A DNA stretch of 64,000 nucleotides from assembly GCA_003344405.1 (NCBI GenBank), contig NOWV01000278.1:1-64000 (forward strand). The letters are read 5' to 3'. Below, in pieces: positions 27,601-38,738 of this stretch. The position numbers and the translations under genes are program-made. This stretch comes from Trichoplax sp. H2 (Eukaryota). The notes beneath the pieces were generated by a model. The model was not told the origin of the DNA. It saw only the letters and a program-made list of their open reading frames with translations, and searched no databases. The first letter of the stretch is position 1, and every line of letters begins with the position of its first letter.

Positions 27601-30600
27601 AAGATTATCGAATGGAATTCAAGTAAAACAAATCTTTCAAAGTGTAATGGCATCTATATTAAATAAATTGATCTATGCCTTGATGTAGTTAGCTAATGAT
27701 CAGATGAAATTAGAACGAAGTCAAAATAATTAAACCGTAAAATTTTTAATTCTAGATACACGGTAATTTGCACTAGGCTGCTATTTTTATTACGATCTGT
27801 TCATTTTAAGGCTAATATTATATCGTTTTCGTGCGAATTGTGCAGTTGCAGTGCGTAATGGGAGTAGTAGTTATTAGAAAGCATCGATTTTCATATTCCA
27901 ACGTATTACACTGTGTTTGACCTATCGCCAAAATAAATTTTGCCTTTAAAGGATGATCGTCATTAGTTGAAATTGTTCAACTAGATCTTTTCGTCTCGCA
28001 TGGATATTAATTGGATATGGATAAAATAGGCAGGAAGTAGACATTCAGTTAGCTGTATGTGGCGTCACTATTGTATCTCGTCACTTTATGTATTGATGGC
28101 ATTTCTAATTCTATTATAATATTAGTGTTACTGCTATATATGCTAAGAGACTTTAATTTTTGATTGAGTATTTAATATTTTGCGATATATTTTATTGAAA
28201 TATTTTCAATCATGGTTGTGGACTTTTTATTTCAATAATTTATCGCCATATTGGTGCAGAAATGATGTTTTACATCTGGGGAAATTAGATAAAAAATGCT
28301 TTCTTCATAGCGGAATGCATTAATCTCTGCTCTATACAATTTATATAGAATTAAATGTTTTATTTGGATCGTTTACAAATCCATTGTAAGCAATTGAAAG
28401 TATAGAAAGTAAATCATAATTGTTTACGAGATGGCAACTTATTGAGCTCTAGAATATATCCCGTTCGACTTGGAAGTGCTAGTATTGCATTTTTTACCTT
28501 TGGGTTGCAAATAATACTTAAAATTATTGTTTATTTCTATCTCTAAATAAATTAGTTCGATGCATTCAGATTATCTTTATTGAATTTAATAATGCCTTAA
28601 CTACTTTCGGTTGTAGCTGAAATACGTATTAAAAGACATTATAGGATAGAATTTGTGATACGTCATGATTGTGAAAACATTTTAAAGTGTTCATCTTTTT
28701 ACTTTTGCCAGTATCTATCTAGTAACAATGCCATCCTTTGTTAATTTTATTGATTGTCAATACGAGTAATCATGAAAGTTATAGAGTGTTGCCTGAAAGT
28801 ATTTTTCCGTGAACACTTATTCTACGTCTTGGGTCGTAATTATAGCTAATAGCCTCCTCCTTCATTAATATAATGAACATTTTATCAATATTTATCCAAT
28901 ACTTATATAGCTCTTATCCATTTTCTATATTAATTTGACTTTATTCATTGATTTCTACGTGAAAATTGAAATAATTTCTGTAATGATAATATTTTGAAAT
29001 TTTTAATGCTAGCATTTAGGGCCAGAAGATTATATATAGCACTTGTTTTTGGGATTACAGAAAAACTGTATGATATTTTAAGTTTAGGAGAAATTTATAT
29101 ATTTTGTAAGTTTTAATTTTAAGAATCGAAATGTACTATATTTTACGTCATGAATTTAATGCTTTATGCTGAACAAGTAAATCAATCTTACAAGCAAATT
29201 TCAGGAGTTAACTCTAGTTTAGCTAATCCTTCGGAATAAAGTTATCGATTTATCAATTGGGCTTTTCTGAATTCATTTAAACAACTTACGTATAGTAGCT
29301 ATTGTTAAAATTGCATCTTAAAGCATTAGTATGTACGTAGAGATAGGCTTCGAACTCTTGCTGTATTCTATTTTTAATTATTAGAATGCATTGTTGTTGT
29401 ATTTAAAGAAATAAAATTGATGGAGTTTGAGAAACTTAGTTATTATGGCAAATCGAGGGTCGTAAATTACTCTTACTCTCGCTTATCCATTCTGTAAGTC
29501 AAGGTAGTACCTAATAATTACAAATAATGTAAAAAGACTATGTAAGCTTTATTTAGTATCTGTATTTGTAGTGCTAGGTAAGATAAGTAAGGCCTTAACG
29601 TGGATACTATTTATGATAGGCTATTACATATTTTATATTAACTGTTATTATAGGTAGATAGTAGAAGATAATTCAAGTTCTAGCTATTGATAGTTGAATT
29701 AGACAACATAAATGCTTAGATTAAGATTAAGTATGAATAAGAGATTAAAAATATTTACGGATAGCAAAGCTGTGTAAGCAACGTCTCAATTCGAGATTCG
29801 AGATGTCTCTCCTAGCAAGGTATAATGATAACACTGTCGTAGTTTACAAATTAGACGGTTGCTACATAAACAGGAATGTTTGAGTTGAGTTGTGTGGTGA
29901 AAAATTATAGATGTGTCTACGTTAATAAAAGTTCTATCTTTACGGTACTTTGCTATGTGTGTTTAACGTTTAGTAAAAGGGCGTTTCAGTCAGTAGTTAC
30001 TTATAGACTTTTACTCTACGTTTCCTTGTCGCAGACTTGAAATTATGACATTGGTGTATAAGCTGTGTCACCTATAATTTATTATAGATTCCAACTAAAG
30101 AATTACAGAGTATCTAAGTTTTGCTTTCAGTCGATGATACTTATCAATCTTCGTTAATTTTTGAATTATAATTATAATTTTAAATCTGGAAAGCATTGCA
30201 AATGCTCTACTGATAATTATAATATTAAATAACTATGTATTTATCTAATTTTTATAGTATTTTATTTGCAACATGAAATATTTTATTATGTTGCTACACG
30301 TTCTTGCAATATGGCTGTTTACGCCTTAGTATAGCCATAGACAGAATGCTACCCCTTAATTTTACACGTATTATACATAGCCATCAACATCTGCCTTACC
30401 TTTTCAACAATATCTTAGATAGTGAAATTCTTGGGTGCAATAGAGTTATTATTAAATACGTAAAATAAATCCTTCATTAATCGATATTCATTCAACTTGA
30501 ATAGATAACGGACCGTGATTATAATTCCAAATTTTTGAGTATTGTGATGAAACTTTTTCCGCATTTCGTGGAAATGACTTTATGAAAACAATAGCTTCAG

Positions 30601-32242
30601 TTGATATATCAACTATGTTTAGCTATTAATTAATTTATTTTTTCTGCGTGAAATTCATTTCGATAAGAAAGTTGAACATCATCTTTTTCACTTCATATGA
30701 GCTCTTGATAAAGATACCGGACATTGAAGAGAAATGCTCATTAACTGAAGTTTGCTTTCTCAGAAGCTATCGTGATTGTGATGGCAGTTGATGTTTGTTA
30801 GATGATAGTAAATCGGAAAAGATGAAAAGTATTGAGTATTTGTCATAAAACTACGGAACAATTTCAATCTATTTTGCAATCCACGCCTACTTTTTCGCGA
30901 TGAATTCTAACAACAGTATAAAATTGTCGTTATTGATAGATAGGTTTCGATACTCTGCAAATTTCAATTTTTTTATTTTTATTGTAAATTGCAATTATAA
31001 TCATTGCAGCTGCTTCGATTTTAACCATCAATCGCAATAATGCATACTACAGTAGTATGGCTTCATGTCAGCGAATGTTGGCGATCAACTTAAATTTTCT
31101 GATAGAGACAATGAAAGTATTTTTAATATTTTTAATACACGCATACATTTATTTATTAAATACTTTTTTTGATTTATTACGATTCCGATCGAAATTTCTT
31201 CACAGAAAATTTACGTAAAATAAATTAATGTAATTATGTAACAGGTATCTTTTGTGGAGTGAAACAGGAATTAAATGCCACAGGAATTAGCTGTACGTGG
31301 AGTGAAGATTTCATTATTTTCAAATTACGTTTTAACAATGACGTTAACTTAAAGTCGTTATTTTCCGCAATCGCAGTATTATGAAGTATTATTGACCTTT
31401 CGTTGCCATGCCTGTTTAATTTAAGCAAATTGCTCTTTGCACGTAAATGGTTTAATCTGGACAGGGTATGCTGTCTTATAGTAATTTACAGAATCGATTC
31501 AACCGTATATTCCTTAAATTCCTCATTTCCTTATAAATGCTTTCATGAAAGTAATTTCAGTATACAAAAGAAGCCAACATACTCATATGCTGATATAATT
31601 ATCATTGGATATTGTCCGATGATGATGGTATTTATTATTCATTTGTATCTTACTTCGCAGGTTTTTGTAATTTTTTACTGCAGCTACTCAACTTTGTATC
31701 TCATAGGTCTAAAATTGCTATCCTATCTATAGCAAAATTCATGCATGATTTTTATTCTGAAGAGGTCATACAGTAAGCAAAGAAAATACCTTAACAATTG
31801 TTTTTAATGATTCCCGCTCTTCCTGAGCTAAGTAAAATTAATGGATTTCTTATCAATTTGAAATTAATTTACATGTAGACTTTAATTCTAACGAATTATG
31901 ATACTTACATATTCGTAGTAATTAATATATAATATTGCGATAGTATACATAAATACACACTAGATTGTACGTTATTATTCATTTTGTGCATTTAAGTTAA
32001 ACAGAAATAGCAGGGATGTAAAGTGGTCGAACAAACGTTATTTTAATGGTGTTATTATGAGTTAACTTTACTACGATATAACCGCACTATTTAAGACAAA
32101 TGTACAGGAAATACGCGTTCTAGTCCGTAGATTGTTTTGTACATTACTTAAATTGATTCAACAGATATTTCAAAATAATTTTAAAGCGATGCCTGAAAAA
32201 ACGTTAATTAAGTTTATCCAGGGAATACGTAGAACGAATAAG

Positions 32243-33388
32243 CTACTGATTATTATTTTCTTTCCCTGTTTCATTGGTAGGCTGTAGCTCTTTCTTTCTC
32301 TGCTCATATTTTAGAGCACTGCTTAGGAATGCAGCGCGTTTGCTCCTAATTTCGTCAAAATATTAATTTCAATATTAATATCAGCAAATTAATACATAAG
32401 GATTTTATTCCAGATAATTGCAATAAAACATGCTAATACTGGACGAGCACAGTTCTAGATGAAACTCGCATCCAATATAGTCTGGCATAATCTATTTCAG
32501 TAATGTGCTACGCTTACAAAGGCATGGCAACTTTTCTCCGCGACATAAGCTTTTGAGAACAAGGTGACATCATATTGTCGGTTGGGCTTAGGCATCCCCT
32601 AATTTCAATAATAAGGAAGATTAATTCTCACATTTACTGTCTGCCAATACATGTAGAATGTACTTAGCAATTACATTCAATGTGATAATCCATGGTAGGG
32701 GATCCGACAGCATTATACTAGGAAATGATAATGTTCTACTGTACTGGATTAGAACTCGGTTAATACAGCGATAAATGATTAACTTATTCGTAGGCAACTA
32801 ATTTTAGATTTGTATATACAGTTGTACAGTACAGTAAAGTTTGTAAGCACAACATAGTTTTCTAGATTCGTAATAGAGCTTCAGTATGACTACTATTTCT
32901 TTTGCGACTACTTTTGTAACACCAATGTTAATTACAAAGGGATACATATCGCACGATGATACTGCTTGAATTCTATCATCAGTGATAATCACATCGATAT
33001 AACTATATTATATCTTATCCAGCTGCTTTTGTATCGAATATTTGGCGTTCCTAACATAGTCAAATATCAATCATTCTTTACTGCTTTTTAGGAAATGATT
33101 TATTAATGCAAGACGCTACTGGCGTGATAATGCGACTGTAATGCCAACTTATAAGTAGTCCATTAGAACAAAGTGTTTTGGAATATACTTATACGTACAT
33201 AATACATATACGTGGGTTGCATCAACATTAGCAGTTCATATGCTATCTTTCATATATAGTCAATTTACTGATGCATACCACTTGTCAGCATTTTTGCTGG
33301 ATTGAATTCTTTTGATTTCTGCGGGAATGTTGTACTTTGGTTCTTGCGGTATAGGCTCACTGGGTTTTGTATCTTTAATTTCAGCCAT
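32243..33388 (-). CDS. Spo12-family-like small protein (97 aa, 3 coding exons)
   Basis: Exons 33388-33279, 32598-32518 and 32345-32243, all GT-AG and phase-consistent (2,2). Product: MAEIKDTKPSEPIPQEPKYNIPAEIKRIQSSKNADKWGCLSPTDNMMSPCSQKLMSRRKVAMPLSKRAAFLSSALKYEQRKKELQPTNETGKENNNQ. An in-frame stop precedes the ATG. Putative 5'UTR acceptor at 33422-33423 and GTAAGT donor at 34032-34027. Confidence 0.75.
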
Positions 33389-34149
33389 AATTTCTGGATT
33401 TCAATTTATTCTCGTTTCGATCTATAAGAGATACATATGTGTACAGTATGGAGGGATTGAGAAGAGTGTTGGAAAGTATTTTATCTTAATAAGTTTTCAA
33501 ATTCCAACGGTTACTATCTGACACACTAGTTCAACATCATCACTACTAGCACTGGAAGAAATTTAAATATTACTTGTCCTTGCAAGCAATGTATCTGAAG
33601 ATGCACTATAAGAATACAAGTATTTCCTGGCATCAGTGGACCGGAGTGCTGTACACAATCTGAGACTAATCTTGATTCTATTTTAGTAAAGTTCATGCAA
33701 GGTAGCACCAATGTAAAGTATAGTAAAATTGAACGTAGTGTCGTGAATGGGTTGAAATAAAGCAATTTGAGGTTGGGATCAGGTTTATTGGAAATTGTTT
33801 AAATTGTGCAAATGTTCAATTAAGATCAGAAGGTTTACTCGTCCAGTTGTTGAAAATAATACTGACCACTGATGGATCAAGTATACTTTGATCAATTCGA
33901 TTGTAGAATACGAATTAATCCATCGACTTTATGAACAGACTTGTTGTGCTTGTACAATATACTATGCAGTGTTCACTCCATGCGATATAGAATGAATTCA
34001 TTCATCGAGTAAATCGAACATTAAAAACTTACTTGATACTTCTTACTGATAATTGCTTTCAAATAGAGTTGAAGAAAATCGATGCACCAAATTGTGTTTC
34101 AATTCTTTCCGTATTGACGGTCGGCAATGGGAAGAGTAATGTTGATGAC

Positions 34150-34900
34150 AGAGTATTGGTTGACGTTACTGCGGCGTACAGTACGAAACAATGATCACAA
34201 TGTATCGATTGTGTTATCTAAAATGATCAACTATCTGCTGCTTTGAGACGATCGAATTTATTCGATTCTGTTCTGTTTACTCTATGTATTTCATGAAATA
34301 ATAACACTACTGCAGTCCCTACCGAGCTACGAAGCGATCATACAGTAAGGAACGGAACAGCGATAGTCAAAGTTATAATTTCTCGGCTACGATATCATAG
34401 ACATACCAAGTTAACAGTACTGTGCTAGCGGCGTGTTGGTGTAAAAGCAGGTGTAAAAAATTTTTCAAATTTGAAAAAATTAACGATCATCCTAACGCAT
34501 TCTGATTGGTGGATTATGTTGCTATCTTATCCAACGAGAATTGATCATGTGATTACATTGACAGACATCACAGTCAACAGTGAGTGTACAGTACAGTACA
34601 TTGAGTACAGGACCATGTTTAAGGTACAGTATTGTATTGCAGGAGTACTCTACGGTACTGGACTGTATTGTTACTCACATACCATACTGTACCGTACACT
34701 GAGTATTGACGATTGAGTAACCGTACTGCACAGTCCTGTACAGTGTACAGTGTACAATACTTAGAGGCATACTGTAGCGCTACTGTACTGTACACTGTAC
34801 AGTACAATATTCCAATCATGAAATCTCTTGTGATAGATAGCTTTCTCATCAATCATTATGCAGTACTGTACAGTGTGCAGTATAGTACAGTATAGTGTAA
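34150..34900. promoter_or_regulatory. Putative bidirectional promoter (Spo12-like / SUV420H)
   Basis: Lies between divergent genes. CCAAT boxes: attggtt at ~34155, ctgattgg at 34502-34509, ccaatc at ~34812. An 18-bp palindrome tttttcaaatttgaaaaa at 34461-34478. Dense TACAGT/ACTGTA motifs at 34580-34900. Confidence 0.55.
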
Positions 34901-36528
34901 AGTTCTGAAAAGAGAAGTCACAGTAACTATCACTGGCGATGCCTAATAAGACAGCTAATTAGATCGTGAAATTCGAAAGTAATAATTTGGTGAGCTTTTT
35001 TAGCTTTTCAGGTGAGGAAAGAATTGATTTACTATAAAATAAAATATGAGACAACCATGACTTTTGTAGAATAGGTTGTAAGTGTGCTAGGTTCTGTACA
35101 TGCTGTCATTTTGGCACTGCAATAGTTTAGTACTGTGTATTACTTAGCGTTATTCAAAGTACGCGCTCAGGCTAGCTCAGACAGACATCGAAACACTCAG
35201 GCAACGATTCATTTGGCAACATTTCCAACTACTGCGGTAAATGACAGCGATAAATTAGATAATACGTTATAATTTAAATATATATGGCATTCCGCAGTTG
35301 TAATAACGGCAATAACTTATAACTTATTGTGTACCTTAAAGGAGAAAATTGAACGCTTTTACAAGTTCCTGGTCCTACTGATCTCTCCTTCGGAATCGAT
35401 CAATTGACTACTATTGTTTAATACTACACTATGCAATATAACTGTACAATACATGCTGTACCGTAAATTTGACACAGTACTCCGAAAATTTAAAATTTGA
35501 AATTCAATTTGAAGAAAGAACTAATTAATAAAATAGAATCATAATTTGCAAAGCCTACTGTAATAAAATGAACTCAGTATCTTCAGATAACATTGAACTT
35601 ATACAATCTCAATGTTTTGAAACTGACTAGAGACATTCCTAGCAGATATAATTAAAAAATTGGTGTCTAGTAGTTGTACTTTTGTATAAAGTATTACGGC
35701 CGTTTTTATTGTTGGAATAATACTTAATATTATGCACTTATTCATCGGCTCTTAGGAGTGGCCTTTGCTGTGGTGAATAATGAGTACGTTAGATACATTT
35801 ACTTTAGGATATGAAAGAGACAGTTCGTTAATTTCCAGGAGTCCACCAGAACCATTCGGGGTAGTGTGATGGTGACGTGTTTGTACTCATTGTGCAGAAC
35901 AACGTATTAGTGCAATATCGTTGCCACCTTGCAAAGTCGTGCACTGTTGGGAAATTCTCACGTTAACAAATTTACACGTAATGTGACATATACAATTTAT
36001 AAATGGAAAATATTGAATCGAAACTGTTTCCATCAGAAACTACATGTACTCGTAAATTGTAATACATAATTTACGAAAAGAAGACAAAGGACTGGAGGGC
36101 TATATAGTTTATTCCTATATCGCAAACGGGAATTCAGGTCGAATCGTTGCTGTTCGACGGCAATACACATCTACGCGTATGGTCCTGATGATTTAGGAAC
36201 TTCTATAGTCAAATCAACTGTTACTTGAAGCCCCAATAAGAAAAGGAGCAACTACTGTACACGTGAATTTGTAAAGTCACACAGAGTTTACATAAATGAC
36301 CTCGTTTGGCAGTCTTAGTAATTGAATTCCTTAAAGCGGATACTTTACTCTTGATGCACTCTAAGTATTACTTAATAGAGGTTGCATATTCATCATTTTG
36401 CTTTTCTTAATACTGTATTCATCATCATGCCACGCTTATATAGATCCCCGGCACATAACTCCGAGGCGATTGATGATTTCGCAAATTCTTTAGAGGCAAC
36501 GTTCTAATCATTGGTGTTGATCGGATCA

Positions 36529-38738
36529 ATGCAAGCGAGTCAATTAGCTGAATACGACGATATTGCGATCAGCCTGGTTATTGACCCTCTGCTTGGGTTT
36601 AAAACGCATAAGATGAACCCCAAGTTTCGCTGGGTTACCTGCAATAGAGAAGAGCTGCGAAGTATCGTAGAAGAGTACATATCTTCAGGCAATTTGGATG
36701 AAGCGTGTAATGGCATTTTATCTACGAAGTGGGCATGCCATTATTTGATGAATAAGGACCCGCTTCAAAAGCAACTTTTCAAAGAGCATGTAAGGAATAC
36801 TGATTTGAATATTATTTAAAAAAATACTCATTCAGTCTTTTGCTTGATATGATTTAAAATAATAATTGCACTGTTGTGAAGCTTTTAGTGAATAGGTAAT
36901 AGGTATATTTCACTATCCGCTTTCAGTAGATTATGCAATGTTATCAATTGTCAATTTTATATAGTAAATTTACGAAAGTTTTGCATAGGTAAATTATCAT
37001 CATTTTAGTTGTAGACATGGTACGAAAGTTAATAAATTTGCTGAATATGAGGTGATGATACAGTTCTATTTTGCAGTTATTGCTTAGTACTCAAGCTAAA
37101 TGAAGACTAACATATAGCAGTAGCTTTGCATGATTAACTTCAGTAGTTAAGACTTGAGCGGGATCAATTTGCAGATTAATTTGTGCCTAAGTAGTGTTTG
37201 CTGTAAAGTTACTGCGTGCCTTGGTTCTTAATATCATATTCTGTCTAACTATAGCTATGCCGTTATCTACGAGTTTTTTCGCCAAATAGTGGCTTCAGCA
37301 TTTTGCCAGTCAGGCGATACTCTGCAGAAAAGTTAGAAGCAAAGATAAGCGTAACAACGGAATGGTATGATATTGCATTAGCACGCTTCTGTTATAATTA
37401 AATATACTGGAAAGTGAAGTTTAAATGATACCTCGTTGCTAAGGCATTTACTTCATACCTTACGTTACTGGTATGATGGCTTGACTAAGACATCTCGTAA
37501 AGTTACTATAGCTTGTACAGTGAAAGATAGCAGATGTATTATTAAATTTCGTTCATCGCTTGCTAAAAAGTTACTGCTTAGATTTGGTTTAAATAAATAA
37601 TATTCTTGTTGTACTGTAGGCTGAAATCGAGCAAAATACATGATCTATGTGGTTGTATTGCTGAAATGACAGAAGATGAAGAGAAGCGTCTCCTTCTGCC
37701 CGGGGAGAATGATTTTAGTATCATGTTTTCTACCAGAAAGAAGTGTTCGCAGTTGTGGCTTGGGCCTGCGGCCTACATCAATCACGGTTAGTTTTAATAG
37801 TAGCTAATGTAAAACGATGGGCTTATCAACTATTTCTTTGCTGTTGCTATTTATCGCAAGTTAGTATTTACTCGAAGTTAAGTTGTAAAATGGACGTTTG
37901 GCTACTGATAGAAATTAACATTTAATTTAAATAAGATGTTTATAACCTTTACTTTGTTCTTTTTCGGGTACCAGACTGTCGACCATCTTGTAAGGTAATA
38001 TTGTAAATGACGTACCCCGCTGAATTAATCATGAAATAAGAGCCTTAATTTTATATCTATCTATTTTTGGATTGATTGTATACAGTTTGTCTCAACCGGT
38101 AGAAATACAGCTTGTGTAAAAGTTCTTCGCGATTTAAAGGCCGGTGATGAAGTTACTTGTTATTACGGTGACAATTTTTTTGGTGATAACAATAAGGATT
38201 GCAAGTGCGAGACATGTGAAAGGTATATTGCTACTGCTATTCATATCTCTTAGCGCAAACTTAGCCTTATATCGGATTACGTGGATGTATTGGAATATAC
38301 GTATGTTCAGTAGTTAAACTAGTGAACACTATTACTTTCATTTTTATTTGTTTATTATACTACTGCTTGATACTGTAAGCGGTGAGAAATCTTAATTTGA
38401 CATTGCGTACTGAGAAGTCTGCTAAATTTATGTACCTCATTAAAAGTATCACAGACTGAGAGGGGTATGCATTGTTGTTGTAAGCTATATTAGTATACGG
38501 CATAAACAGCTCACTGAATTCTATATCAATTTATAGGAGACGTAGAGAGCAAGCAAATGGGTCTCTAAAGCGAATTAACTATTCACTCCGAGAAACAGAT
38601 AATCGATTAAAATTTAGGAGGCTTCATTCGGCAGACTCATTGTCATCAAGCCAGTGTAGCGATTCGTCAACGGGTGCTTGTGAAAAGCTTCAACTAGATT
38701 CCAATTCTGAAGCGCTAAAGGAAATACCAAATATTTGA
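36529..38738 (+). CDS. SUV420H: Histone H4K20 methyltransferase SUV420H/KMT5B-C homologue (298 aa)
   Basis: Exons 36529-36789, 37255-37364, 37620-37786, 37975-37994, 38086-38222 and 38537-38738. Motifs [59 protein letters not shown] and [10 protein letters not shown] match the Suv4-20 SET and post-SET regions. Confidence 0.95.

Noticed and set aside
27332..27688. 118-aa plus-strand ORF
   Set aside because: I/L/K/F/Y-rich composition typical of AT-rich non-coding sequence, with no motif.
31780..31950. Possible minus-strand micro-exons (YYEY|EERESLKTIVK)
   Set aside because: All downstream candidate exons hit stops, so no coherent model.
33008..33050. Alternative acceptor giving a 50-aa product ending ...KWNAKYSIQKQLDKI*
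   Set aside because: It is in phase, but splicing to 32598 yields the Spo12 motif plus a further in-phase exon. At most a minor isoform.
34471..34895. Overlapping Y/C/T/V-rich ORFs
   Set aside because: Translation by-products of the TACAGT motif cluster.
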